This document shows positions 1 through 9,844 of a stretch of DNA of 64,000 bases, one piece after another. The stretch spans positions 304 through 64,303 of the forward strand of contig JAGWYZ010000001.1 in the NCBI GenBank assembly GCA_018969115.1, given 5' to 3'. Source of the stretch: Chloroflexota bacterium (GTDB lineage Bacteria > Chloroflexota > Anaerolineae > J036 > Brachytrichaceae). The notes beneath the pieces are model-generated. The model made no database searches, was not told the origin of the DNA, and saw nothing but the letters and a program-made list of their open reading frames with translations. The stretch's first letter is position 1, and every line of letters starts with the position of its first letter. Made by a program: the position numbers and the translations under genes.

Positions 1-19
1 TTCGACAAAAATTTTTTTC

Positions 20-1525
20 TCAGTCAATGACATAACGAATATTGGCAGGCACGGGGGTAAGCAAATATACGTCTGAATATTCTGCCCAAGATCTATAACT
101 ACGATCTTCGTAACCTAAATCGATATGTTTACCAATGACCCCCCCCCCAGTATCACATGCAACACCTTGTCCATAGCCAGCCACATAAATATTCGTCTTC
201 AACGAAATAATATTGGGGTCGATTGCCACTGTGCCAGGTCTAAATTTATAGCCACAGCGCACAATACCATAATAAGGTGAACTCGGTGATACCCCAGCGC
301 TGCTGGGTGAATAAGAGGTCACATACATACGAATTTTGCGCCAATATTTTACTGGGCCACTAGGGGTATCGAGGGTGCGGATGACGATTTTAGTGCCATA
401 ATTACGAATTCTTGGGCGCGGTTCAATTGCTACAAAATCAGCTACCAACTCACGTTTTACTTCTACGTCATTTTCTAGTAACACAATTCGACGCTTTTCA
501 TGCACCCCCAGAGTGCCCTCTTGTCCCAATACTTGATTGTCAATCTCTAGATTTGGGTTAGGCTCAACTCGTGTTTCAAAGGGTATGGGGCTTTGCTCGA
601 TTACCAATTCACGACGCACTCGCACCACTTGCACTTCTAAACCATCAACTATAGGTGTATTGATACCGGGTTTGGTATAGTCTTGGTCATAAAGCGCTAT
701 ATTTAATTCGGCCAATAGATCGCTTACCTTTTCTTGATGCGTGCGTGTGCGCACCCGACGGCCATCGACGACGACATCGGCCAATTTAGCTGGCTCGACC
801 TGAATTTTCATGCCAGGTGTCACACGATCGGCAGGGGATGGACTAATACGGTCAGCAAGCCGAATAAAGTAGCCATTTTGCATCAACGCTTCGCCTACGG
901 TTTGGGCCGAGGTCTTGGCTTTTTTTAGTGGTTTATCTTTTTCGGCAATATCGATTTCAAGTGAGCGACGCAGCACGATATCAACGGTTGCTGGAGCTGG
1001 GGCATTGATCACGGGTAGTGTATCTGATGCTTGCCCATTGACCAAAAGTCGGTCAAACGCGGTGGCTTTTATGCCCAATTGATTCAAAATGTCATTGGCT
1101 GACTGACTTTGTGTAAGAATTAATTTCGGGGTTTCATCATCAATTTGTATCCGAACTGGGCGAGCGCGTTTGACAACAACTAAATCGTTGTGCTGCAACA
1201 GGGTGGTTGGCGCAGGCAAAACCACATCTTCTGGGCGCAATTGCACATTGGCTTCACGAAGTACTGACTCAGCAGTTTTTTGGTGGGTGCGCAATTCAAG
1301 CAAACGATCCCCATCAATAATCTTAATATCACGGCGGGTAATGAAATAACCACCAGCAACCAAAGCGCTAATTGCAAACCAGGCTGGTAACATAAACCAT
1401 AACCAGCGCAGTTCGTTACGCGGCTTGGATTGTACAGAGGCTGCAAAACTATATTCCGAGTTATCGGTTAAATCGTACACTGCAAATGTAAAACCTAGGA
1501 TGTGTTGCCAGGCACCCTGCGACAC
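20..1525 (-). CDS. Cell-wall associated protein with N-terminal TM segment, DUF348-like repeats, G5 and C-terminal 3D (MltA/RlpA-like) domain (YabE/RpfB-like architecture)
   Basis: 501-aa ORF. C-terminus VTSYSPS..GIVRCGYKFRPGTVAIDPN..IYVAGYG..ACDTGGGVIGKHIDLG looks like a 3D domain. GTG start with AAGGAG about 10 nt upstream. Confidence 0.75.
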   Translation of the reverse strand: MSQGAWQHILGFTFAVYDLTDNSEYSFAASVQSKPRNELRWLWFMLPAWFAISALVAGGYFITRRDIKIIDGDRLLELRTHQKTAESVLREANVQLRPEDVVLPAPTTLLQHNDLVVVKRARPVRIQIDDETPKLILTQSQSANDILNQLGIKATAFDRLLVNGQASDTLPVINAPAPATVDIVLRRSLEIDIAEKDKPLKKAKTSAQTVGEALMQNGYFIRLADRISPSPADRVTPGMKIQVEPAKLADVVVDGRRVRTRTHQEKVSDLLAELNIALYDQDYTKPGINTPIVDGLEVQVVRVRRELVIEQSPIPFETRVEPNPNLEIDNQVLGQEGTLGVHEKRRIVLLENDVEVKRELVADFVAIEPRPRIRNYGTKIVIRTLDTPSGPVKYWRKIRMYVTSYSPSSAGVSPSSPYYGIVRCGYKFRPGTVAIDPNIISLKTNIYVAGYGQGVACDTGGGVIGKHIDLGYEDRSYRSWAEYSDVYLLTPVPANIRYVID

Positions 1526-1623
1526 CCAAAAGGGTCTCCTTACCGTTGCTACCTCTCGGTCCTGGCGGGGTTCGAAGTCTTCCGCCGCGCAAGACCCAGC
1601 AACACAGACTTAATTATATCAGG

Positions 1624-3015
1624 CTAATCTGTATCCAATTCAATTCCACCCAACCACGCGGCGCGGGCTTCACCAGCCAAGGTCAAACTACCCACCACAC
1701 ACACGGCTTCATTGCTATTTTTAATCGATTCAAGCGCAGCTTTGGCATTTACCGCCAAGGTGGCGCGTAAGTTGCGTTGTTTCGCCAACGCCATTAGTTG
1801 ATCTAATGGCAAAGCGCGGGGATTGTCTGGCTGCACCATAATCCAACGTATGGCACGGGGAGCCAATGCCCGAATCATACCTTCAGCATCTTTATCTTTG
1901 TAACAGCCAAAAATAAGCGTCCAGCGTTTGCCGGAAAACATTTCGGCCAAAGCCGTCGCCAGTTTATTCACACTATCTACATTATGTGCCCCATCAATCA
2001 CCAGTGGCGGGTCTGCCCGCAACACCTCAAATCGTCCCGGCCAACGCACATTGTGCAAACCGTTTTGCACCGCAGGTTGTAAATGAGGACCTATCACCGC
2101 CAAATCATCACGCATGGCATCAATGGCCGCAATGACACCCGTAGCGTTATCAACCTGATGCATACCGAGCAAGTGGGTGTCATATTGCCCCTCTAAGTTG
2201 TTCGGGTTAGGGGTTTCATCACTGCGCCTAAAAGCCACTTGTTTTACGTCAAATATTTGGCGGTCTAGCGAGGCCGACATGCTGGTTGCAATTGCCCCGC
2301 CGGCTGATGAAATAATAGGCCGCCCACGCCAATGCCGCCCTAAACAAATGAGCTTGGCATTCTGGTCTTTTGCCACCCGTTCAATCACAATAGTGGCCTC
2401 GGCAGGTTGTGAATGGCTGACCACTGGCACACCGGGCTTAATGATGCCAGCTTTTTCATAGGCGATCTGAGTTAAAGTTGAGCCTAGCCATTGGGTGTGG
2501 TCATAGCTGATCGAGGTAATAATACACACACGCGGAGTAATCACATTGGTCGGATCAAAGCGCCCACCCAAGCCCACTTCGACTACGGCCCAGTCTACAT
2601 TGCTGCGAGCAAAATGGGTAAAGCCCAGTGCCGTAATCGCTTCGAATGTGGTGATACCAAGGATTTGATCTGCCGCCATTTTAACATCAGTGGCCAGCCG
2701 CACCACATCCTCGCGTGAGACCAATTCACCATTAATACGCACCCGCTCGCGAAAGGTATGTAAATGCGGAGATGTGAATAAACCCACCCGCAACCCCATT
2801 GCCCGCAAACAAGCAGCCATCATGGCAGCGCTTGAGCCTTTGCCTTTGGTGCCTGTAATATGCACCGATTTAAATTTTTCGTGAGGATTGCCCAATACCG
2901 CCAACAAGGCCCGAATACGGTCTAAATTTACTTTCGCTGGGTCAGTTGGTTTTAGACGATCGCTGGTGTTGAGGCCATAAAGGTAAGCAAGCACATCCGC
3001 ATAATTCATAGTCAT
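1624..3015 (-). CDS. folC: Folylpolyglutamate synthase / dihydrofolate synthase
   Basis: Mur-ligase P-loop HITGTKGKGS and SISYDH motif. The ORF extends to 3174, but the conserved N-terminus begins at MTMNYADVLAYLYGL (ATG at 3015). Confidence 0.85.
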   Translation of the reverse strand: MTMNYADVLAYLYGLNTSDRLKPTDPAKVNLDRIRALLAVLGNPHEKFKSVHITGTKGKGSSAAMMAACLRAMGLRVGLFTSPHLHTFRERVRINGELVSREDVVRLATDVKMAADQILGITTFEAITALGFTHFARSNVDWAVVEVGLGGRFDPTNVITPRVCIITSISYDHTQWLGSTLTQIAYEKAGIIKPGVPVVSHSQPAEATIVIERVAKDQNAKLICLGRHWRGRPIISSAGGAIATSMSASLDRQIFDVKQVAFRRSDETPNPNNLEGQYDTHLLGMHQVDNATGVIAAIDAMRDDLAVIGPHLQPAVQNGLHNVRWPGRFEVLRADPPLVIDGAHNVDSVNKLATALAEMFSGKRWTLIFGCYKDKDAEGMIRALAPRAIRWIMVQPDNPRALPLDQLMALAKQRNLRATLAVNAKAALESIKNSNEAVCVVGSLTLAGEARAAWLGGIELDTD

Positions 3016-3316
3016 AGCAAATGGTGATAATGAGCAGTATAAACCAATACCTTCGCCAAAATAGAAGGGAACCGTCGTAAAATTAGAGTGAACTAAACCG
3101 AAATAAAACAGCGCAACCCTTGAACAAAATTTTATTATTTTAGTATTAATGGAGTGTGTGAGTGATCCGAGCAATCACCAAGCAATCAGCTGCTCATTTC
3201 CTTATTTTTTTACCTGTAGCCATCATGCTCTGCCGTGTTAAAATTATGAGCTTAAATTTTCTGAGTCGTTTGTAAAAACGGTCGTTTAATATATCTAAGG
3301 TTAAGGAGAAATACAG

Positions 3317-3517
3317 ATGGGTCCGCTTCCAAAGCGTAAATTTTCAGTGGGTCGCACACATCGCCGCCGCGCACATGACGCGCTAAAGGCTATGGCACTA
3401 GTAACATGCCCCGAATGTGGCGAAAAGACACTGCCGCACACAGTTTGTTCCGCATGTGGCAAGTATCGCGGTCGTCAGGTTGTTCAAGTGAATACTGGTG
3501 ACGATAAGAAAGAATAG
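3317..3517 (+). CDS. rpmF: 50S ribosomal protein L32
   Basis: MGPLPKRKFSVGRTHRRRAH plus CPECG..CSACG zinc ribbon. AAGGAG 8 nt upstream. Confidence 0.9.
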   Translation: MGPLPKRKFSVGRTHRRRAHDALKAMALVTCPECGEKTLPHTVCSACGKYRGRQVVQVNTGDDKKE

Positions 3518-3543
3518 TAAAACACACGATAACGACAATGATG

Positions 3544-3585
3544 AAGTGGGTGGCAGTTTACATTGTCACCCACTTTATTATTGTT
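3544..3585 (+). terminator. Probable intrinsic terminator of rpmF
   Basis: AAGTGGGTG (3544-3552) pairs with CACCCACTT (3567-3575), followed by a T-rich tract. Confidence 0.5.
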
Positions 3586-3632
3586 ATTATGTATACTGAG
3601 CACGACTCTAAACTGAGGGTTTCACTGATACG

Positions 3633-3669
3633 ACTATTCCCCAACAAGCTAAGCTTGTTGGGGAATAGT
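3633..3669. repeat. Perfect palindrome (17-bp arms, 3-nt centre); probably a degenerate core of the family-1 element
   Basis: ACTATTCCCCAACAAGC-TAA-GCTTGTTGGGGAATAGT. Followed at about 3678-3693 by CATTTCCTCAATTTTT, which resembles the family-1 terminal repeat. Confidence 0.6.
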
Positions 3670-3742
3670 TGTATAAGCATTTCCTCAATTTTTACCTGCG
3701 TAGGGTATCAGCCCAAAATTTTTAGTAAGCTTAAAAATAAAC

Positions 3743-4648
3743 GTGTCTACTTCATATGTTTTTCCAGGCCAAGGCTCACAATTTGTAGGGATGGGACGCG
3801 ATCTCGCCCAAATTCGCCCAATTGTGCGCGGCACCTTTGAACGAGCCGACGAAGCACTTCACATAAAACTATCACAATTGTGTTGGGAAGGCCCAGAGCT
3901 TGAATTGGGCGATACCGTGAACACCCAACCGGCTATTTTTACGCATAGTCTTGCTGTGCACGCCGCCTTAGTGATGTCGGGTGATTACCCCGCCCCGGCC
4001 TTTTTAGCTGGGCATAGTTTAGGTGAATTTAGCGCTTTGTGTGCAGCAGGGGCATTGACCTTTGAAGATGGGGCAAAATTGGTGCGCGAGCGCGGACGTT
4101 TGATGAAATGGGCTGGCACACAACAACCGGGCAGCATGGCTGCTGTGTTGGGTTTAGATGCAAATATGCTTGCGACTATTTGTGCAGAAGCATCAGCAAG
4201 TGTGAGTAGCCCAGCAGTAGTGGTGGCGAATGACAATTGCCCCGGTCAAATCGTCATTTCGGGTGGCAAAGAAGCAGTAGCAGCGGCTGGCAGCTTGGCA
4301 AAATCGCGCGGGGCAAAACGTGTTTTGCCGCTTAATGTTAGTATTGCCGCTCATTCACCCCTGATGAACAGCGTGAGTGCTGATTTTGCAAAGTTGATCG
4401 AAGTTACACCGTTTACTGTGGCACAAGTGCCTGTTATTGCCAATACCAGTGTTTTACCCATTTCACACCCCGATGATATTCGTGCTGAATTGTGTGCGCA
4501 GTTAACCTCGGCAGTGCGTTGGACCGAAACGGTACAATATATGGTTGCGCAAGGGGTCACTGATTTTATTGAAATTGGCCCCAAAGATGTGCTATCGAAC
4601 CTTATCAAACGCACAAAAGATGGGGTGACAACACAAGCCATTGGATAA
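3743..4648 (+). CDS. fabD: Malonyl-CoA:ACP transacylase
   Basis: FPGQGSQ and GHSLGEFSA active-site motifs. GTG start. Confidence 0.9.
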   Translation: MSTSYVFPGQGSQFVGMGRDLAQIRPIVRGTFERADEALHIKLSQLCWEGPELELGDTVNTQPAIFTHSLAVHAALVMSGDYPAPAFLAGHSLGEFSALCAAGALTFEDGAKLVRERGRLMKWAGTQQPGSMAAVLGLDANMLATICAEASASVSSPAVVVANDNCPGQIVISGGKEAVAAAGSLAKSRGAKRVLPLNVSIAAHSPLMNSVSADFAKLIEVTPFTVAQVPVIANTSVLPISHPDDIRAELCAQLTSAVRWTETVQYMVAQGVTDFIEIGPKDVLSNLIKRTKDGVTTQAIG

Positions 4649-4730
4649 ATTGACGATTTATACTGGGAGCGGCTCAAACTGAGGTTTACACCAATTTCAT
4701 CATGACGTCAATCATAAATCGAAAAAAGAC

Positions 4731-5480
4731 ATGAATTTAACCAATAAAGTAGCCATTATTACAGGCGCTTCACGCGGGATCGGGCGTGCCATCGCTATTG
4801 ATTTTGCCTCACGTGGGGCATCGGTAATTGTTAATTACAACACAAGCGAAGCCGCTGCAAATGAGGTGGTGAGTGTGATTACCACAGCCGGTGGCAAAGC
4901 CACAGCTTTTAAGGCCGATGTCAGCAAAATTGACCAAGCCCAAGCCTTAATTAAAGCCGCCACCGATACTTATAGCAAGCTCGATATTTTGGTGAATAAC
5001 GCTGGCACAACCCGCGATAATCTGCTCATGATGATGCCTGAAGCCGATTGGGATCACATTATGAACACCGACCTCAAAAGCGTGTTTAATTGCTGCAAAG
5101 CCGCCACTAAGGTCATGATGCGTGCCCGTTATGGGCGCATCATCAATATCACATCGGTAGTGGGGCTGTCAGGTCAAGGTGGGCAAACCAACTATGCTGC
5201 TGCCAAAGCTGGGGTGATTGGGCTAACCAAATCGTTGGCAAAAGAATTGGGTGGGCGCAATATCACCGTAAATTGTGTTGCCCCGGGGTATATTCCCACC
5301 GATTTGACCAATGTCTTGTCAGATGAATTAAAACAGGGTATGATGAAGTTGACCCCCTTAGGGCGTTTTGGCAAACCCGAAGAAGTTGCTTATGCCAGTG
5401 CCTTTTTGGCAAGTGACGAAGCAGCTTTTATTACAGGTATTATCTTAAGCGTGGATGGTGGGTTAGTGATGCAAGGCTAA
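4731..5480 (+). CDS. fabG: 3-oxoacyl-ACP reductase (SDR)
   Basis: TGASRGIG cofactor motif, NNAG, YAAAKAG catalytic YxxxK. Confidence 0.9.
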   Translation: MNLTNKVAIITGASRGIGRAIAIDFASRGASVIVNYNTSEAAANEVVSVITTAGGKATAFKADVSKIDQAQALIKAATDTYSKLDILVNNAGTTRDNLLMMMPEADWDHIMNTDLKSVFNCCKAATKVMMRARYGRIINITSVVGLSGQGGQTNYAAAKAGVIGLTKSLAKELGGRNITVNCVAPGYIPTDLTNVLSDELKQGMMKLTPLGRFGKPEEVAYASAFLASDEAAFITGIILSVDGGLVMQG

Positions 5481-5496
5481 TTATTAAGGATCTAAA

Positions 5497-5808
5497 ATGC
5501 AAAATACAGTGACTATTTCTCCCGATATTATTCGTGATGTTGCTCGCATTACCGCATTGGCAACTCCGGGCGTTATTAGCTTGGTTGAAAAAGATGGGGA
5601 TTGGCGTAGCCGCGCTAATAGTGGGATTGAAGCCGCGTTAAATAATGGCTATGCTCATATTACGTTAAACGTCATCGGGCACACCGGTCACTCGTTAATT
5701 GCATTAGCATCGCAAATTCGCAGTAATATTGCTGAGGCTGTCAGCGAAGTGACAGATATTAGCGTAGCGGGTGTAGATATCACTTTTGAAGATGTGCGCA
5801 CACATTAA
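5497..5808 (+). CDS. Asp23/Gls24-family (alkaline shock-like) protein
   Basis: 103 aa. N-terminus ISPDIIRDVARITALATPGVISLV is typical of the family. Sits directly upstream of nusB, as in many Firmicutes. AAGGA SD. Confidence 0.7.
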   Translation: MQNTVTISPDIIRDVARITALATPGVISLVEKDGDWRSRANSGIEAALNNGYAHITLNVIGHTGHSLIALASQIRSNIAEAVSEVTDISVAGVDITFEDVRTH

Positions 5809-5858
5809 CCCTCGGCGAGATTCGTAACTGAGTAACGCCAAAATTTGTTTTTATCAAT

Positions 5859-5901
5859 CGATAAATGAGGGGCGCAGCTATGCTACGCCCCTCATTTATC
5901 G
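5859..5901 (+). terminator. Strong hairpin between the Asp23-family gene and nusB (attenuator or terminator-like)
   Basis: 16-bp perfect stem CGATAAATGAGGGGCG / CGCCCCTCATTTATCG with an 11-nt loop. No clear U-tract. Confidence 0.4.
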
Positions 5902-5915
5902 TGGCAACCAAAATT

Positions 5916-6374
5916 ATGTCTGGCATATCAAAATCACGACGAACCGCACGCATATTGGCATTACAAGTGCTGTATGAGGTCGAAACGTCGCAACATCGTG
6001 GTGGCGAAGTGTTAAATCGTCGCTTTGCAGACCCTGTAGCTGACTCTGATGATACGCTCGCCGAGCAATTTCCAACATTAGAGGTCAATGAAGACGTGCA
6101 GCAATATGCTTCAGCTTTGGTGAGTGGGGTAATTACACAATTAGAGGCGATAGACAAAATTATTTTGCAATGTGCACCACAATTTCCATTAAACGACCTT
6201 GCAACGATTGACCGCAATTTGTTGCGGATTGCCTTGTACGAAATTGAGTATCAAAAGACCCCTTTTAAGGTTGCCATTAATGAGGCTATCGAACTGGCCA
6301 AAATATATGGCAGTGATAATGCACCAAAATTTATCAATGGCGTATTGGCAGCGGCAATGAAAAGACGAACCTAA
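5916..6374 (+). CDS. nusB: Transcription antitermination factor NusB
   Basis: [14 protein letters not shown].. and C-terminal [24 protein letters not shown] at 5916 chosen over the upstream ORF start, which overlaps the hairpin. Confidence 0.85.
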   Translation: MSGISKSRRTARILALQVLYEVETSQHRGGEVLNRRFADPVADSDDTLAEQFPTLEVNEDVQQYASALVSGVITQLEAIDKIILQCAPQFPLNDLATIDRNLLRIALYEIEYQKTPFKVAINEAIELAKIYGSDNAPKFINGVLAAAMKRRT

Positions 6375-6404
6375 TGAGTAGGTTAGAATTCCATCTACAA
6401 CAGT

Positions 6405-7043
6405 ATGTTATTTAATCTTGGTGGGCTTGAAATTCTGGCAATTGCGCTATTGACTCTGATTATTTTTGGGCCAGAGCGTTTACCAGTGCTTTTTCGGCAA
6501 TTTGGCAATGCCATTCGCAAACTGCGTGACTATTATGTGGTTTTGGCGGCGCAAGTGCGCTTAGAGCTAGAGCCAGTCGAAGAAGAAATTCGTGAAATTC
6601 GCCAAGTGGCCAATGAATTGCGGCAAGATTTGGCCGAAATTGCCGAAGCTATTGATGTGCGGGCTTTGTTGCCCAATATTGAGGCTGAGCTAAGTAAAGA
6701 TGACAAGCCGGAGTCCAAAGCCGAGATCAAACCCGAAGCACCCGCAGCGCCAAATGTAATGCCACCAGACACCGAAGCGTCAGTTGTCGCGCCGGTTGAT
6801 GAGCCGGCTACTTCATCTGGCCTATTGGCTCCTGAAACAACCATCGATTCGGTGTTGGCTAATTTTACGCAACCCGAAGCTGCGAATCAAGTACAAACAG
6901 AGATGATAGAGACAAATACGATTGCGACTGCTGAGGTTTTGCCAACGGTTTTACCCGTCAAGTTAGACCCTGATAGTCCTTGGGTTACGTTTGAAGTTCC
7001 CAAGCCTGTAAAGCTTGATACCGATAACCCCTGGGCAAGTTAG
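6405..7043 (+). CDS. Sec-independent translocase, TatA/TatB family, with long acidic/Pro-rich tail
   Basis: N-terminus MLFNLGGLEILAIALLTLIIFGPERLP (TM plus amphipathic helix). Adjacent to tatC. Confidence 0.8.
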   Translation: MLFNLGGLEILAIALLTLIIFGPERLPVLFRQFGNAIRKLRDYYVVLAAQVRLELEPVEEEIREIRQVANELRQDLAEIAEAIDVRALLPNIEAELSKDDKPESKAEIKPEAPAAPNVMPPDTEASVVAPVDEPATSSGLLAPETTIDSVLANFTQPEAANQVQTEMIETNTIATAEVLPTVLPVKLDPDSPWVTFEVPKPVKLDTDNPWAS

Positions 7044-7095
7044 CACAAAATTGGGGCGAGAAAATCATACAAAAAATATAAAAATGAGGTAAAAA

Positions 7096-7911
7096 ATGGC
7101 ACAAGAAGTTAGTGTGAATGTTCCAGAAGGCATGGACCGTGAAGAGGCGATGTCGTTGCTTGATCACTTGCGCGAGCTGCGTGATCGTTTGTTTAAGTCT
7201 GCCTTGGCCTTGGCTATTGGCACAGGTATCACCTCGATTTTTTATGCGCAGTTGTTAAATTTTATTGCCGAACCGCTGCGACATATCAACCCAAATGCTA
7301 CGCTGCCGGTGTTGATTGCCACCACACCCTTTGAGAGCTTGTCAAATATTTTTACTGTGTGTGTAACAGTGGGGGCCGCGTTGGCTTTTCCTGTCATTTT
7401 GTATCAAATCATCGCCTATATCGCCCCTGGTTTGCTTGATCATGAAAAGCGCTGGTTAAAAATAGGTTTTCCGTTTGCGCTCATTCTGTTTTCGCTGGGG
7501 GTATATTTTACGTGGCGGGTATTTTTACCATCGGCATTGCCATTTTTATTGGGCTTTTTGCCCGAATTGATTGATTCTCGGCTAAAATTGGACGAATATA
7601 TTCCATTCGTGATGGGCATGATGTTTTGGATGGGACTAGCCTTCGAGATGCCGCTCATTATGTTTGTGCTAGCCAAGGCCAATTTAATTTCGGCGGCAGC
7701 CTTGCGCAAAAATTGGCGCTATGCTGTGGTCGGTATTTCGATTTTAGCCGCTGTCATCACCCCAACCCCAGATCCTGTCAACATGTTTCTGGTCATGCTG
7801 CCCCTGCTTGTATTATATGTGATGAGTATCGGCATGGCTTATATAGCCCGTCGCGGTGTCATAGTTCCGGCCATGATCGACACGACTGAAAATATTGAAA
7901 AGTCTCAATGA
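7096..7911 (+). CDS. tatC: Sec-independent translocase TatC
   Basis: SLLDHLRELRDRL start, six predicted TM segments. GAGG SD. Confidence 0.9.
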   Translation: MAQEVSVNVPEGMDREEAMSLLDHLRELRDRLFKSALALAIGTGITSIFYAQLLNFIAEPLRHINPNATLPVLIATTPFESLSNIFTVCVTVGAALAFPVILYQIIAYIAPGLLDHEKRWLKIGFPFALILFSLGVYFTWRVFLPSALPFLLGFLPELIDSRLKLDEYIPFVMGMMFWMGLAFEMPLIMFVLAKANLISAAALRKNWRYAVVGISILAAVITPTPDPVNMFLVMLPLLVLYVMSIGMAYIARRGVIVPAMIDTTENIEKSQ

Positions 7912-9314
7912 TAAAAAATAATACGCAGCCGCGTAAACGCTATCACTTGGTTTCGCTGGGTTGCTCCAAAAACACAGTTGATTCAGACAGCATCGCCCAA
8001 CTATTGAATGAATCAGGCTATAGCGGCAGCGAAACTGCCAAAAATGCCGATGTGTTGATTGTCAACACCTGCGGCTTTATTGGCCCAGCACGTGCTGAAT
8101 CGATTAGTACCCTACGTGATTTAGCCAAAAAGAAACGCAAAGGTCAGCAACTCATTGCAGCGGGCTGTCTTTCACAATTATGGGGGCCGCGCTTGGCACA
8201 AGTGGTGCCCGGTCTTGATGGCGTGATCGGCACGCGCCGTTGGATGGACATGGTCGATTTTATCGACGGGGTGCGCGGACGCTCAAAACCAGAGCCGCTT
8301 TATCATTTACCTACCGAAGCCGTAACCGTTGGCGAAGATGAAAAGGGTGCGATGCGCACGTCGGTTCAAGGGGTTAGTTCATATCTCAAAATTTCAGATG
8401 GCTGTCGCCGCCCATGTGCATTTTGCACTATTCCAAATATCAAAGGCACGCTTAAATCGCGCCAGCCCCAACTTATTCTAAATGAGGCGCGACAATTGGC
8501 TGATAACGGCATCCGCGAACTCATCCTCATCGCCCAAGACCTGACCGATTATGGTCACGATATTGGCCTGCGCGATGGGCTTGCCAGTTTGTTGAATGAC
8601 ATGTGCGGCATTAATAGCCTCGATTGGATTCGTTTGATGTATGCCTATCCGGGGGCCGTCACCGACCGCTTGATCGAAGTGATGGCGACACAACCTAAAA
8701 TTGTCAAATACCTCGATATTCCGTTGCAACATGGCGACCCAAATGTATTGCGCCGCATGCGCCGCCCTGCCAATATTGATTGGGTTTATCGCACCGTCGA
8801 AAAAATGCGAGCCGCCATCCCCAATTTATGTGTGCGTACTACCTTTATCGTTGGGTTTCCGGGCGAAACCGATCAAGAATTTGCAGGCCTGATGAAATTT
8901 GTCGATGATTTGCAATTTGACCGCGTTGGCGTGTTCAATTATTCATTTGAACCAGGCACCCCAAGCGGCGATATGCCCAATCAAGTGCCAGACGAGGTAA
9001 AAGAACAACGCCGCGAAGCCCTGATGATGAAACAACAGCAAATTTCGCTCGTAAAAAATCAACGTTTTGTGGGCAAAACCATGCTTACCCTAATCGAAGG
9101 GCATGACGACGAAAAAGAGCTGAGTGTGGGCCGCACTTACCGCGATGCTCCAGAGGTTGATGGTTTGGTCATCATCGATGGCCTCGCACCCATCGGCGAA
9201 ATCGTGCCAGTTAAAATAACCGGTGCAATGGAGTATGATCTAGAAGGCACAGTAGAAATGGATGAGGGAAGAAAGATAAAGGATGAAAAAGACATCATGC
9301 TCTTCAATCTCTAA
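7908..9314 (+). CDS. rimO: Ribosomal protein S12 methylthiotransferase (radical SAM, MiaB/RimO family)
   Basis: VSLGCSKNTVDSD, NTCGF, CRRPCAFC radical-SAM cluster, C-terminal TRAM-like domain. ATGA overlap with tatC. Confidence 0.8.
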   Translation: MIKNNTQPRKRYHLVSLGCSKNTVDSDSIAQLLNESGYSGSETAKNADVLIVNTCGFIGPARAESISTLRDLAKKKRKGQQLIAAGCLSQLWGPRLAQVVPGLDGVIGTRRWMDMVDFIDGVRGRSKPEPLYHLPTEAVTVGEDEKGAMRTSVQGVSSYLKISDGCRRPCAFCTIPNIKGTLKSRQPQLILNEARQLADNGIRELILIAQDLTDYGHDIGLRDGLASLLNDMCGINSLDWIRLMYAYPGAVTDRLIEVMATQPKIVKYLDIPLQHGDPNVLRRMRRPANIDWVYRTVEKMRAAIPNLCVRTTFIVGFPGETDQEFAGLMKFVDDLQFDRVGVFNYSFEPGTPSGDMPNQVPDEVKEQRREALMMKQQQISLVKNQRFVGKTMLTLIEGHDDEKELSVGRTYRDAPEVDGLVIIDGLAPIGEIVPVKITGAMEYDLEGTVEMDEGRKIKDEKDIMLFNL

Positions 9315-9340
9315 TATCCTTCACCCTTTATCCTTTAAAA

Positions 9341-9844
9341 ATGTCTTTGCTCGACCGCTATGCCCTTGAATGCAGCAGCCATAGCCCAGCCCAAACCTAT
9401 CGTTTGGGCACACGCTTTGGCGAAGTGTTGCCGTGTGGGGTGGTTGTTGCACTCACTGGCAATCTTGGCTCTGGCAAAACTCACCTTTCACGCGGCATTG
9501 GCGATGGTTGGGGGGCCGAACAAGAATTACGCAGCCCTACATTTACTTTGGTACAAGAGCACCGTCGCAGCAAAGATCATGCGCGTTTGTATCATATCGA
9601 TCTGTATCGCGTTGAAAAAGCCTCTGACCTTGCCTCGTTGGGTTTAGATGAGATTATTGAAGACGAGCAAGCGGTTGTATTAGTAGAATGGGCGGACCGT
9701 GCACCCAACCTTTTTCCTGCTAATACAATCCACATTAAAATTCATATTATTAGCGATACCAAGCGACAAATGTTATTTTCAGCCCCCAATGAGCAGATGT
9801 GGCAAATTTTATTGTTGTTTCGTAAAAATGTATTTGGTGTATGA
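9341..9844 (+). CDS. tsaE: tRNA t6A biosynthesis ATPase TsaE
   Basis: GNLGSGKTHLSRGI P-loop, SPTFTLV, HIDLYR. Confidence 0.85.
   Translation: MSLLDRYALECSSHSPAQTYRLGTRFGEVLPCGVVVALTGNLGSGKTHLSRGIGDGWGAEQELRSPTFTLVQEHRRSKDHARLYHIDLYRVEKASDLASLGLDEIIEDEQAVVLVEWADRAPNLFPANTIHIKIHIISDTKRQMLFSAPNEQMWQILLLFRKNVFGV

Noticed and set aside
3538-3840. 100-aa ORF between rpmF and fabD
   Set aside because: It runs through the rpmF terminator and the palindrome, then overlaps the fabD start in another frame. The translation is hydrophobic and low-complexity with no SD.
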